Assembly (NCBI GenBank): GCA_963824445.1
Contig: CAWGPG010000003.1
Coordinates: forward strand, 22,839-86,838
Source: an uncultured Acidimicrobiaceae bacterium
GTDB lineage: Bacteria > Actinomycetota > Acidimicrobiia > Acidimicrobiales > RAAP-2
Direction: 5' to 3'
DNA: 64,000 nt
Each line of letters starts with the position of its first letter. The first letter of the stretch is position 1. Below are positions 17,401 to 27,079 of this stretch, piece after piece. The notes under the pieces are model-generated. The model worked only from the letters and a program-made list of their open reading frames with translations. It was not told the origin of the DNA and made no database searches. The translations under genes were made by a program, and so were the position numbers.

Positions 17401-19708
17401 CGTTGACCGCACCCACGTAGGAGGCCACAGTCTTGGAGCTCACGCCGGTGTGCGGAAAGAGCTCGACCGGGCTGTCGCTCAAGTCCGTCTTGGAGGGGTT
17501 GTCGCTGGGTGTCTCGGTGAAGCCCGCGTTGGCGGTGAGGGTGTCCCAGCGGAACGCCTCCTTGCGGTTGGTGTCCGTGACCACCAGGTGCGCGCCCTGC
17601 GACGCCAGCTGTTGGAGGCGGGTCGGCTCCGTCGCGAGTGTGCCGGCGTAGTAGAGGGCGCTGTTCGTATCGAGCATGCCCAGGCCGGCGAGGTTGTTCA
17701 GCCCGGTGGCGTCCCCTTCCATCACCAGCGCACCCGTATTGGACTCGCCCCGCAACAACGGCCTCGGGTTGGACACGGTGTAGTCGACGATGGGCGCCGG
17801 CCACTTCGGATTGGCCGGCGCGGCCAGGTCCTGCTCGTTGAGCATCGACACCGTCGGCTCGTTGGGTCGGGGCGCCCCGAACGACACGGGGTCGGACAAA
17901 CCCTGGGGCGTCTGGGCCAGCTCTTGCGCCAGCAGCTGAGGCTGGGGCGAGGCGAAGTGCTCGTAGCGCTGGTCGTACTCGGCCATCACGTCGCCCGCAC
18001 CCATGATCCGCGCCATGGGGGCGAGTGCGTTGAGGTTCGCCGTGCCGTCCTGCATGGGGGAGTCGAGCGCGTAGAGAGTGTCCGCGGTGGCGATGGAGCC
18101 CATGATCTGCTGTTCGCGTGTCACGAAGTCCCGGTTCAGGAACGCCGACTGCGGCGTGTCGACCGTGTCCCCCCAGCGGTAGGAAGCGAAGTCGTTGCCG
18201 GGGATGGCCAGCACCCGGGTGCCGGGGTGGGTGGCGTTGAGATGGTTGATGGCGGCCATCTCGTAGGAGGGAAGGGAGGCCGGCTGGGTGAAGTTGTTGG
18301 CGATGGTGTCGCCGTTGAAGATCGACGGGTTGTTGGCGACGACGAGCCCGCCGACGAGGAGAGCCGTCGCGAGCCCCGCCCAGTGCACGCGCCGCCAGAG
18401 CGCGCTCAGACCGCAGGCCAGCAGCATCGACAGCGCCAACAGGACGACCGGCGCCGCCCGGTCGGTCGACCGCAGCGCCAGGCCTGCCGTCGTGTTCGTC
18501 ATGAAGGACCGCAGCAGGCTGCCGACACGAGTGGGGTCGGTGAAGGGGAAGGGGCCGACGGCGAGCACCAGCCCGACGAAGAGCAGCACCACGAAGTACG
18601 CCCGCTCGCGCCAGCGGACGAAGGCGGCGGCGGCGAGTGCGATCACCGGGACGGCGTAGGAGGCGGCGATCAACGCGACGTCCTGGGTGTACCGGATGGC
18701 CGCGTTCGTCCACGCTCCCAAGTGATCGCTGCCGTAGAAGTACCAGTAGCCGAGCCCGCGGATGACTTCGGACGCGTTCGAGGTGGCGGAGGTGGAGGGG
18801 ACGGTCTCGGTGAATTTCAGGACGTTGACCCCGTAGGCGGCCTCCACCTCGAGGCCGGCCATCCACCAGACGCACGCGCCGAGGGTGAGCACGCCGATGC
18901 GCGCCACGGTGGCGCCGGCGTGGCGCCATGTCGTCTCGCGCAGGACGAGGACGGCATAGAGGATCCAGAGCAGCGGTGCGACGCCGACATAGATGATGGA
19001 CGTCGCGTTGATGCCGCTCACGCACGCCACGACCACCGCGAACAGTGCCGGTTCGCGCCAGCCGCCGCGGCGCAGGGCGACGATGGTGAGGCCGACGAGG
19101 AACGGCAGTCCGGACCAGGGCAGGAGGATGACCGAGATCCGTCCGGCGTACTGGAGGAAGTACGGCGAGAGCATGTACGCCAGCGCGGCGGCCACCGGTC
19201 CGGGCCCCTCGAGGCCGAGCACCCGGCACAGGTAGATGATGCCCGCCCCGGCGACGAAGAGGATGGAGCCCAGCCAGAGCCGTTGGGCCACCCAGACCGG
19301 CACCCCGAGCACGTGGAAGAGGAGGTAGAAGGGGCCCATCGGCAGGAGGTAGCCGATGTACTCGTGGGTGACCGTGCCGAGGGCGACGGTCGGGTTCCAC
19401 AGGAACGGGACCTGACTGAGGAACTTGGTGGGATCGAGATAGAGGTACGTCTTCGTGTCGGGGGTCACGACACCTGGCCGCACGGCCAGCGCGGGGACGT
19501 AGGCCAGCACGGTAAGGATGACGAGACCCCCGGCGCGCCACCAGCGCTCCGCCGACCAGGACCCGATCTGCCAACGCCCGATCGGTCGGGTGTCGACGGC
19601 CCCGTCTCCCGGCGGACCCCCACCGGCGGCTCGCCCCGTCCCGCTCTGACGGTCCCGTCTGACGGCGGCTGGCCACCCGCGAAGGGCGGTGGAGGTGGGC
19701 GAGCTCAT
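14471..19708 (-). CDS. AftD-like alpha-(1->3)-arabinofuranosyltransferase family protein (DUF3367 GT-C domain plus discoidin/CBM-like modules plus C-terminal TM bundle)
   Basis: ORF 14471..20065, with the likely start at ATG 19708 (MSSPTSTALRG). The N-terminal motif DTKTYLYLDPTKFLSQVPFLWNPTVALGTVTHEYIGYLLPMGPFY is the DUF3367/AftD signature. AIDGNFDTAW and LDGNPTTAW are F5/8-type-C-like modules. There are C-terminal TM helices and an acidic tail. Confidence 0.8.
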   Translation of the reverse strand: MSSPTSTALRGWPAAVRRDRQSGTGRAAGGGPPGDGAVDTRPIGRWQIGSWSAERWWRAGGLVILTVLAYVPALAVRPGVVTPDTKTYLYLDPTKFLSQVPFLWNPTVALGTVTHEYIGYLLPMGPFYLLFHVLGVPVWVAQRLWLGSILFVAGAGIIYLCRVLGLEGPGPVAAALAYMLSPYFLQYAGRISVILLPWSGLPFLVGLTIVALRRGGWREPALFAVVVACVSGINATSIIYVGVAPLLWILYAVLVLRETTWRHAGATVARIGVLTLGACVWWMAGLEVEAAYGVNVLKFTETVPSTSATSNASEVIRGLGYWYFYGSDHLGAWTNAAIRYTQDVALIAASYAVPVIALAAAAFVRWRERAYFVVLLFVGLVLAVGPFPFTDPTRVGSLLRSFMTNTTAGLALRSTDRAAPVVLLALSMLLACGLSALWRRVHWAGLATALLVGGLVVANNPSIFNGDTIANNFTQPASLPSYEMAAINHLNATHPGTRVLAIPGNDFASYRWGDTVDTPQSAFLNRDFVTREQQIMGSIATADTLYALDSPMQDGTANLNALAPMARIMGAGDVMAEYDQRYEHFASPQPQLLAQELAQTPQGLSDPVSFGAPRPNEPTVSMLNEQDLAAPANPKWPAPIVDYTVSNPRPLLRGESNTGALVMEGDATGLNNLAGLGMLDTNSALYYAGTLATEPTRLQQLASQGAHLVVTDTNRKEAFRWDTLTANAGFTETPSDNPSKTDLSDSPVELFPHTGVSSKTVASYVGAVNVTASSYGNSVSYTPEDHAYSAIDGNFDTAWITGTFLPDPSGQWWQAQFGHTVTADHITLVQPQRGDRSRWVSAVTLTFDGKHPERFALTPTSHTTTGQTLHFPTRTFHTVRITLDGTTNSHVSPLNASAVGFSEVEVPGQTVRQVIQMPSQMLSTLGTASTADRLSIVMTRQRTSQYPPRDDPETTISRSFSLPSTRSFTLTGSGSLSALLPDDEIDRLVGRTPTTSDGGYVASYSSGRLPGDLNATASATLDGNPTTAWQPGLGSSSQLGTTLTYDLSHPVALDHLSMQVIADGRHSVPTSMTITATNGTGSSAGTSASQTRTIALPPIADSTVPGAVTNVPVTFPALVGSQFVITFTGVRDEYAANYYSAGPLALPLGVAEIGMPGVQSPATPAQLPGTCVSNLLSIDGHPIDVALVGSTQSALNGGQIQVVPCGPDAHGITLGPGTHVVQTATGHTANCVATPSTCTGWNLDQLVLDSAAGGGTGATPTPTSAGTPQLPATQPGAAPAVTMTASHIDSKTATVTGAKEPFELVLGESVDKGWHATAEPGRHAPAGAHAVDLGTSELVDGFANGWQISTRDLAALGGSSFTVEVTWTPQDLVWGALAISGATIALCLVIGFLPTRSRRWLRARLPRRLRGPAGPDAPERPSTPFDPPTLTIPFVPAGGPPSDVEASGGSGSSAPPSDDQMPDAPVGDASVAETSLTNALLSVTSPSPYTSSSSSTSITGSDGATTGDGSRLATVDRTEPGDLEKSDGAVEPRRTAGAVGRAVAVGLVTGAIAAMVVPLWAALGVAGVVGVGLYVPWVRGLATAGGVALIAAGCASVVYGQEVHRYLSGSNWPSSFTRAGNLIWLGVVLLLADAAISAFRLRLPRPLGSRALQSAQPVTAPPEPGTTERETTGRQTTDRESTKVDPAAKDPAAEDPEAEGRDEGTERVGQAREEPQPDALVEETNGEDESGDDAQPPSPSTQQAK

Positions 19709-20042
19709 GGACGGGGGGGCGAATTCGACGCCCGGTAGTGTAAGCAGGCCACACCGAGCCGGAGTGGCAGGCCGAAGGGAGCGCCAGCGCCGATGCCGAC
19801 CAGCACAAAGAGCCGGCCGACGGACGGCGGGGGAGGCATCGGCTCGAGTCGGCTGAGCAACAACGGGGGCGGCAGCGGCCGGTTGACGGGCGAACGCCCC
19901 CAACAGGGGGTGACGCCGGACTCCCTGCTGGCCCTCCACGAGGCGGGCTACCGGGCCGTGCTGGAACGCCTCGAGGCCCTCGCCGACGGGCGCCGCCGAC
20001 GGGCGCGCCGGCAGCGGACACGCCGATGACGGCGAGGCGCCC

Positions 20043-20771
20043 ATGCCTGTCGGCGACGCGCGCATCCTCGATGTGGGCTGCGGACAGGGTTTCGAGTCCG
20101 TCCGTTTCCTCGCTCCCGGTCGCCGCGTGCTGGGCGCCGACTACTCGGGGGAGGCGGTCGCGACCGCCTCGGCCCGCTACGGCCCCGACGGCCTGGTGGT
20201 GGCGCAGACGGATGCCACCCGACTCGGGTTCGCCGATGGCAGCTTCGACGCGGCGTGCTCGTCCCATCTGATCGAGCACTTCACCGACCCCGAGCCGCAC
20301 GTCGCCGAACTGGCGCGTGTGACCGCCGACGATGGCGCCGTCTTCGTGCTCACGCCGAACGAGCCGGCCGACTTCGAGAACCCGTTCCACCTCCATCTCT
20401 TCGGGCGCCACGAGTTGCGGACCATGCTCCAGCGCCACTTTGGCGACGTCTGGCTGGGCGGGGTGGACGCCGCCCCCCACGTGAAGGCCGACTTCGCCGC
20501 GAGGCGCGCCCGGGCTGGGAAGCTCCTGCGCCTCGACGTCTTCGACCTCCGGCACCGGATACCGCATTCCTGGTACGTCTGGGCCTATACCCGCCTGCTC
20601 CCGCTCGCGTACAAGCTGGTGGCCAGGGACGACAGCGGTGGATCCACGGGCATCACCGCCGACGACTGGTTCGTGACCGAGGATGTGGACGACACGACGC
20701 TCGTGCTGTTCGCCGTGGCGCGCAAGCCGCGGCGCTCCTCGGACGTGCCGGCGTCCTCCCCGACGAGCTGA
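20043..20771 (+). CDS. Class I SAM-dependent methyltransferase
   Basis: 242 aa. Motif I is ILDVGCGQGFES, followed by DGSFDAACSSHLIEH. The stop overlaps the coaE start (TGATG). Confidence 0.85.
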   Translation: MPVGDARILDVGCGQGFESVRFLAPGRRVLGADYSGEAVATASARYGPDGLVVAQTDATRLGFADGSFDAACSSHLIEHFTDPEPHVAELARVTADDGAVFVLTPNEPADFENPFHLHLFGRHELRTMLQRHFGDVWLGGVDAAPHVKADFAARRARAGKLLRLDVFDLRHRIPHSWYVWAYTRLLPLAYKLVARDDSGGSTGITADDWFVTEDVDDTTLVLFAVARKPRRSSDVPASSPTS

Positions 20772-21400
20772 TGCTCGCCGTCGGCCTCACGGGCGGCATC
20801 GGCTCGGGCAAGTCGGCCGTCGCCGATCTTTTGGTCGAGCGCGGCGCCGTCCTCATCGACGCCGACCAGGTGGCGAGGGACGTGGTGGCTCCGGGCGGAC
20901 CGGCCTACCAGCCGCTGATCGACCGCTTCGGACCCGGGATCGTGGCGGCCGACGGCACCATCGACCGGCCGGCGCTCGCCGCGATCGCGTTCGCCGACGA
21001 GAAGACCCGCCAGGACCTCAACGCCATCACGCATCCGGCCATCGGCATCGCCATGATCCAGGCGCGGGATGCGCTCGAGGGCACCGACGAGATCGTCGTC
21101 CTCGCCATCCCTCTGCTGACGGCCGCCCACCGGGACACGGTGAAGCTGAACGCGGTGGTCGTGGTCGACTGCCCGACGGACGTGGCCCTCGAACGCCTCT
21201 TGAACCAGCGCGGCTTCGACCGGGCCGATGCCGAGGCGCGCATCCGATCTCAGGTCTCACGCGAAGAGCGGTTGAAGGAGGCCGACTTCGTGGTGGACAA
21301 CTCCGGCGACCGCGCCCACCTCGACGAGGAGGTGGTGCGGCTCTGGGACTGGCTGGTGGCTGCCCGCGACGAGCGCCGGGAGCACGCGTCGCACGCCTGA
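20771..21400 (+). CDS. coaE: Dephospho-CoA kinase
   Basis: In-frame part of ORF 20255..21400 starting MLAVGLTGGIGSGKSAVADLLVERGAVLIDADQVAR.. It has a P-loop and the CoaE family pattern, and sits upstream of uvrB as in many Actinobacteria. Confidence 0.9.
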   Translation: MLAVGLTGGIGSGKSAVADLLVERGAVLIDADQVARDVVAPGGPAYQPLIDRFGPGIVAADGTIDRPALAAIAFADEKTRQDLNAITHPAIGIAMIQARDALEGTDEIVVLAIPLLTAAHRDTVKLNAVVVVDCPTDVALERLLNQRGFDRADAEARIRSQVSREERLKEADFVVDNSGDRAHLDEEVVRLWDWLVAARDERREHASHA

Positions 21401-21475
21401 CCCGTCGCCGCTGACGTCCAAGCTTCACCGCCCACGCCCGACCCGTCACATCCCCCCGGTAGCCTCGACAAGACG

Positions 21476-23543
21476 ATGGCCGAGTTCCAGGTCGTTTCAC
21501 CGTTCCAGCCCTCGGGCGACCAGCCGCAGGCCATTGTCGGACTCGCGCACGGCGTCAAGAGGGGCGACCGCTACCAGACCCTCCAGGGCATCACCGGGTC
21601 GGGCAAGACGGCGACGATCGCCTGGATGATCGAGCAGGTCCAGCGACCCACCCTCATCATCGAGCCGAACAAGTCGCTGGCGGCACAGCTGTCGTCCGAG
21701 CTTCGAGATCTGTTCCCGAAGAACCGGGTCGAATTCTTCGTCTCCTACTACGACTACTACCAGCCGGAGGCGTACCTTCCGGCGACCGACACGTACATCG
21801 AGAAGGACTCTTCCATCAACGACGAAATCGACCGCCTGCGCCACGCCACCACCTCGTCGCTTCTCATGCGACGCGACGTGATCGTCGTCGCGTCGGTGTC
21901 CTGCATCTACGGCTTGGGCTCACCCGCCGAGTACCGCGACCGCATCCTGGGTCTGGCCGTGGGGGAGCAGGTCGACCAGCGGGACGTGCTGCGCAAGCTC
22001 GTCGACCTCCAGTACGCCGCGCAACGACGTCAACCTGGTCCGGGGGACGTTCCGCGCCCGCGGCGACACCGTGGAGATCCACCCCGCCTACGAGGAGGCG
22101 GCCCTCCGGGTGGAGATGTTCGGCGACACCATCGAGCGGATCGTCCCCTTCGACGTGCTGACGGGCGAGATGGGCGACGAGATGGAGGACGTGGCCGTCT
22201 ACGCGGCGACCCACTACGTGACGGGCGACGAGATCATCCAACGCGCCGTCGGCACCATCGAGGTCGAGCTGCGCGAGCGCCTCCAGGAGTTCGAGAAGCA
22301 GGGCAAATTGCTGGAAGCCCAGCGCCTGCGGGTCCGCACCGAGCACGACCTCGAGATGCTGGCCGAGACCGGCGTCTGTTCCGGGGTCGAGAACTACAGC
22401 CGGCACCTCGACGGGCGCGCACCGGGCGACACGCCGTACACGCTGCTGGATTTCTTCCCCAAGGACTACCTCTGCGTGATCGACGAGTCCCACGTGGCGG
22501 TGCCCCAGTTGCACGGGCAGTACGCCGGAGACCGCTCGCGCAAGGACGTCCTGGTCGATCACGGGTTCCGCCTGCCGTCGGCCAAGGACAACCGTCCGTT
22601 GCGTTTCGACGAGTTCGTGGAGCGCGTGTCCCAGACCGTGTTCGTGTCGGCCACCCCGGGACCGTTCGAGTTGGAGCACTCGGACCAGGTGGTGGAGCAG
22701 GTCATCCGGCCGACGGGACTGGTCGATCCCGAGGTGACGATCATGCCCACCAAGGGACAGGTCGACGACCTCTTGGCCCGGATCGGGGCGACGGTCGGAT
22801 CCGGTGGGCGCGTCCTGGTGACGACCTTGACCAAGAAGATGGCCGAGGACCTCACGGATTACCTGGCGGACGCCGGGGTGCGCGTGCAGTACCTGCACTC
22901 GGACATCGACACCATCACCCGAATCGAGATCCTGCGCGAGCTCCGGCTGGGCACGATCGACGTCCTGGTGGGGATCAACCTCCTCCGCGAGGGGCTCGAC
23001 CTGCCCGAGGTCGCCCTGGTGGCCATCCTCGATGCGGACAAGGAGGGCTTCTTGCGGTCCGCCTCGTCACTGATCCAGACCATGGGCCGGGCCGCCCGCA
23101 ACGTCGACGGGATGGTGGTGCTCTACGCCGACACCGTCACGGACTCCATGCGCGAGGCCGTCTCGGTCACCCAGCGCCGCCGAGAGCTCCAGATGGCCTA
23201 CAACCGCGAGCACGGCATCGATCCCCAGACCATCCGCAAGTCGGTCACCGACATTCTCGAGCGGATCCGGGGGAGCGGCGACGGCGGGGTAACCCGGGCG
23301 GGACGCAGCCGGGCCGAGGTGCGGCGCAACGCGGCCGTCCGGGGCAACCGCCGACCGGGCGTCGGAGCCGGCGCCACGGGGACCCTGTTGGCTGAGGGCG
23401 AGGCGTCGACGCCGGCGGCGGTCTTCGAGCTGATGTCGCAGCTCGAAGCCGAGATGAAGGCCGCCGCCGCCGAGCTCCGCTACGAGGAGGCGGCCCTGCT
23501 CCGGGACGAGATCGCCGAGCTGCGCAGCACCATCCCCGGGTAG
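21476..23543 (+). pseudogene. uvrB: Excinuclease ABC subunit B, split by an apparent 1-nt insertion near 22016-22022
   Basis: ORF 21476.. encodes [26 protein letters not shown] ... LVDLQYA and then turns to junk. ORF 22071..23543 (+1 frame) continues the protein. Hand reading gives QYA[g][25 protein letters not shown].. through to ..[24 protein letters not shown]. Confidence 0.9.
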
Positions 23544-23565
23544 GGCGCAGCCAATCGCGGAGGCA

Positions 23566-23985
23566 ATGACGCGGCCGATGACGCAGCCAATAGAGTCTGC
23601 GTCCATGCCTACTTCGGCCCAGCTCAAAGAGGTGATCGAGCGGTATGCGGCGACCGTCGGCTCCAGGGACCCCGACGCCTACGCCGCCCTCTTCACGCCC
23701 GACGCCGTCCAGGTGGATCCGTACCCGACCCCGCCCAACGAGGGTCGCGACGCCATCCGTGCCTTCATGCAGCGCTCCTTCGAAGCGACGGAGACCATGA
23801 GGTTCGAGGTCGGTGAACTGCACCCGGTCGCGGACAAGGCGGCCATCACCTTCCACATCACGGCCGGCGTCGCGGGCGGGTCGACCATGCACATCCGGGG
23901 TGTCGAGATCTTCACGGTCACCGACGAGGGTCTGATCTCGGCGGTCGACGCGTACTGGGGCGAGGAGGACATGGCCTTCGAGTAG
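23566..23985 (+). CDS. SnoaL-like / NTF2-fold protein
   Basis: 139 aa. ..LKEVIERYAATVGSRDPDAYAALFTPDAVQVDPYP..GRDAIRAFM.. is a typical SnoaL / ketosteroid-isomerase-like pattern. An alternative start is ATG 23605. Confidence 0.6.
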   Translation: MTRPMTQPIESASMPTSAQLKEVIERYAATVGSRDPDAYAALFTPDAVQVDPYPTPPNEGRDAIRAFMQRSFEATETMRFEVGELHPVADKAAITFHITAGVAGGSTMHIRGVEIFTVTDEGLISAVDAYWGEEDMAFE

Positions 23986-24078
23986 GGCTCGGCCGGAGTA
24001 GGGCTCGGCCGGCGACCCGGTCGGGAACCGAGGCGCGAGCAGCCGGCGATGTCACACCCCACCGGTATCCTCAACCGG

Positions 24079-26991
24079 ATGGCCGACCGTCTCGTCATTC
24101 GCGGGGCGAGGGAGCACAACCTTCGTGACGTGTCCCTGGATCTGCCCCGGGACCGACTCATCGTCTTCACCGGACTGTCGGGGTCAGGCAAGTCATCCCT
24201 CGCCTTCGACACGATCTACGCCGAGGGCCAGCGCCGTTACGTCGAATCGCTCTCGGCGTACGCCCGCCAATTCCTGGGCCAGATGGACAAGCCTGACGTC
24301 GACTTCATCGAGGGCCTGTCGCCGGCCATCTCCATCGACCAGAAATCCGCCTCGCGCAACCCACGTTCGACCGTCGGGACGATCACTGAGGTCTACGACT
24401 ACCTGCGCCTGCTCTACGCGCGGATCGGCCATCCGCACTGCCCCAATTGTGGCCGACCGGTGGCCCGCCAGACGCCGCAGCAGATCGTGGACCGTGTGCT
24501 CGAGCTGCCCGAGGGCACCCGATTCCAGGTGATGGCGCCCGTCGTGCGGGGACGCAAGGGTGAGTACAGCTCCCTCCTCGACGACCTGGCCAAGCAGGGT
24601 TTTGCCCACGTCCGGGTCGACGGGGTGCCACTCGAGCTGGCCGACCGCGCCGAGGTCAACCTCGCCCGCTACGAAATGCACACGATCGAGGTCGTCGTCG
24701 ATCGTCTCATCCGCCGCGACAACATCCGCCAACGCCTGACCGAGTCCATCGAGACGGCCCTGGAGCTCACCGGAGGCTCGGCCGAGGTGCTGGTGATGAA
24801 CGGTGCGCGGGACCCCGCCCGGGGCGGCCGCGCCGGCGGTGCCGGTACTGACGCAGGCGGTACACCGGACGAGGACGAGGCCATCACCTTCTCCCAACAT
24901 CTGGCGTGCACCCACTGCGGCATCAGCTTCGAGGAGCCTGCGCCACGCAACTTCTCGTTCAACTCTCCGTACGGGGCATGCCCCTCCTGCGCGGGCCTCG
25001 GTACGAAGTACGAGGTCGACCCCGATCTGGTCGTGCCGGACGATTCCCTGTCTCTGGCCGAAGGAGCGCTGGCGCCCTGGGCGGGAGCACGCAGCGAGTA
25101 CTTCACGGGACTGCAGGCGGGGGTGGCCGACCTCGGCGGGTTCTCGTTCGACGCACCGTGGAAGTCGCTCAAGGCCAAGGACAAGAAGCTCGTCCTCTAC
25201 GGCACCGGCAACCGGACGGTTCGGGTCACCTACAAGAACCGGTTCAACCGCACCCGCTCCTACGACGCCCACTTCGAGGGCATCGTCCCCTGGCTCCAAC
25301 GTCGCCACGGCGAAGCGGAGTCCGACTGGTCGCGCGAGCAGATCGAGCAATTCATGCGCGAGGTCGATTGCCCCGCGTGCGGCGGGGCCCGCCTCAAGCC
25401 CGAGTCCCTCGCAGTGACGGTCGGCGGTCGGAACATCTACCAGCTCTGCAGCCTCTCGATCGAAGCCGCGGTCGAGGCCATGGGCACACTCGAGCTCAGC
25501 GAGCGCGAGCACATGATCGCCGACAGGGTGTTCAAGGAAGTGCTGGAGCGGATGCAGTTCCTGCTCGACGTCGGCCTGGACTATCTGTCGCTGGCCCGGT
25601 CGGCCGGCACCCTCTCCGGCGGTGAGGCGCAGCGCATCCGGCTGGCCAGCCAGATCGGCAGCGGCCTCGTCGGAGTCCTCTATGTGTTGGACGAGCCGTC
25701 CATCGGCTTGCATCAGCGGGACAACCGTCGCCTCATCGGCACGCTCGAGCGTCTGCGCAACCTGGGCAATACGGTCATCGTGGTCGAGCACGACGAGGAA
25801 ACGATCCGGTCGGCCGACTACGTCGTGGACATCGGTCCGGGTGCCGGCGAGCACGGCGGCATCATCGTCCACGCCGGGCCGGTCAAGGGGCGGGGTGGTC
25901 TCGTCTCGAACAAGGCATCGATCACAGGTCAGTACCTCTCCGGCAAGAGGTCGATCCCCGTTCCGGCGCGCCGCCGACCGGGCACCGGGGACGTCGTCAC
26001 GGTCCGCGGCGCGCGTGAGCACAACCTGCGCGACATCGACGTCTCGTTTCCGCTGGGCTGCATGGTGGCGGTCACCGGAGTCTCGGGTTCGGGAAAGTCG
26101 ACGCTCGTCAACGACATCCTCCTGCGCTCGCTGGCCCAGAAGCTGCACCGCGCCAAGGCGTTGCCCGGCCGGCACCGCAAGGTCGAGGGCATCGAACACC
26201 TCGACAAGGTGGTCGATGTCGACCAGGCACCGATCGGCCGAACGCCGCGATCAAACCCAGCGACCTACACGGGGGTCTTCGACCACATCCGCCGCCTCTT
26301 CGCCCAGACCGCAGAGGCCAAGGTGCGCGGGTACCAGCCGGGCCGGTTCTCTTTCAACGTCCGAGGCGGCCGCTGTGAGGCCTGCGCGGGCGACGGGACT
26401 ATCAAGATCGAGATGCACTTCCTCCCCGACGTCTACGTCCCGTGCGAGATTTGTCACGGGGCGCGCTACAACCGTGACACCCTCGACATCACCTTTCGGG
26501 GCAAGACCATTGCCGACGTGCTCGACATGTCGTGCGAAGAGGCACTCGGCTTCTTCGAACGTCAACCTCCGATCGCGCGCCACATGCAGACGCTGGTCGA
26601 CGTCGGGCTCGGTTACGTGCGCCTCGGCCAGCCGGCACCCACCCTCTCGGGCGGCGAGGCGCAGCGAGTGAAGTTGGCCAGCGAGCTGAGCCGGCGGCCG
26701 ACCGGCCACACCTTTTACATCCTCGACGAGCCGACGACCGGTCTGCATTTCGACGACACCCGCCGCCTGCTGGAGGTCCTGGGCAGGCTCGTCGAACAGG
26801 GGAACACCGTCGTGGTGATCGAGCACAACCTCGACGTTGTCAAGACGGCCGACTGGATCATCGACCTCGGGCCCGAAGGCGGAGACAAGGGGGGCATGGT
26901 CATCGCCGAGGGCACACCCGAACAAGTGGCGAAGACGGCCGGAAGCTACACAGGAGAGGTGCTCAAGCCGGTGCTCGGCATGACGAAGTAG
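24079..26991 (+). CDS. uvrA: Excinuclease ABC subunit A
   Basis: ORF 24049..26991. Begins [67 protein letters not shown] and carries the second ATPase module [11 protein letters not shown]. Confidence 0.95.
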   Translation: MADRLVIRGAREHNLRDVSLDLPRDRLIVFTGLSGSGKSSLAFDTIYAEGQRRYVESLSAYARQFLGQMDKPDVDFIEGLSPAISIDQKSASRNPRSTVGTITEVYDYLRLLYARIGHPHCPNCGRPVARQTPQQIVDRVLELPEGTRFQVMAPVVRGRKGEYSSLLDDLAKQGFAHVRVDGVPLELADRAEVNLARYEMHTIEVVVDRLIRRDNIRQRLTESIETALELTGGSAEVLVMNGARDPARGGRAGGAGTDAGGTPDEDEAITFSQHLACTHCGISFEEPAPRNFSFNSPYGACPSCAGLGTKYEVDPDLVVPDDSLSLAEGALAPWAGARSEYFTGLQAGVADLGGFSFDAPWKSLKAKDKKLVLYGTGNRTVRVTYKNRFNRTRSYDAHFEGIVPWLQRRHGEAESDWSREQIEQFMREVDCPACGGARLKPESLAVTVGGRNIYQLCSLSIEAAVEAMGTLELSEREHMIADRVFKEVLERMQFLLDVGLDYLSLARSAGTLSGGEAQRIRLASQIGSGLVGVLYVLDEPSIGLHQRDNRRLIGTLERLRNLGNTVIVVEHDEETIRSADYVVDIGPGAGEHGGIIVHAGPVKGRGGLVSNKASITGQYLSGKRSIPVPARRRPGTGDVVTVRGAREHNLRDIDVSFPLGCMVAVTGVSGSGKSTLVNDILLRSLAQKLHRAKALPGRHRKVEGIEHLDKVVDVDQAPIGRTPRSNPATYTGVFDHIRRLFAQTAEAKVRGYQPGRFSFNVRGGRCEACAGDGTIKIEMHFLPDVYVPCEICHGARYNRDTLDITFRGKTIADVLDMSCEEALGFFERQPPIARHMQTLVDVGLGYVRLGQPAPTLSGGEAQRVKLASELSRRPTGHTFYILDEPTTGLHFDDTRRLLEVLGRLVEQGNTVVVIEHNLDVVKTADWIIDLGPEGGDKGGMVIAEGTPEQVAKTAGSYTGEVLKPVLGMTK

Positions 26992-27004
26992 ACGAGGCGG
27001 GCGC

Positions 27005-27041
27005 GTCCGATTCGGACAGGTGCCGGCCGCCGACCGGCGGC
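27005..27041. terminator. Two adjacent short GC hairpins between convergent uvrA and the DUF427 gene
   Basis: GTCCG-att-CGGAC (27005-27017) and GCCGCC-gacc-GGCGGC (27026-27041), read directly from the sequence. Confidence 0.25.
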
Positions 27042-27079
27042 GCGTTCGACCCAGCCGGCCCTCGCCGCAGACCAGCGCG

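Noticed and set aside
19793-20029. 78-aa ORF in the AftD/methyltransferase divergent spacer whose ..LHEAGYRAVLERLEALADG resembles the N-terminal H..RY motif of some methyltransferases, suggesting a third frameshift
   Set aside because: The resemblance is weak. The methyltransferase has a normal short N-terminus from ATG 20043 directly before motif I, and no single-base change cleanly joins the two frames.
15722-20567. 1338-aa plus-strand ORF (15722..19738) and 1109-aa minus-strand ORF (17238..20567)
   Set aside because: Both overlap the 1746-aa AftD-like gene, one antisense and one out of frame. Both are Arg/Gly/Pro-rich without TM segments or motifs, whereas the AftD frame has clear family signatures.
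24193-26199. 668-aa minus-strand ORF
   Set aside because: It is antisense to uvrA, which is unambiguous.
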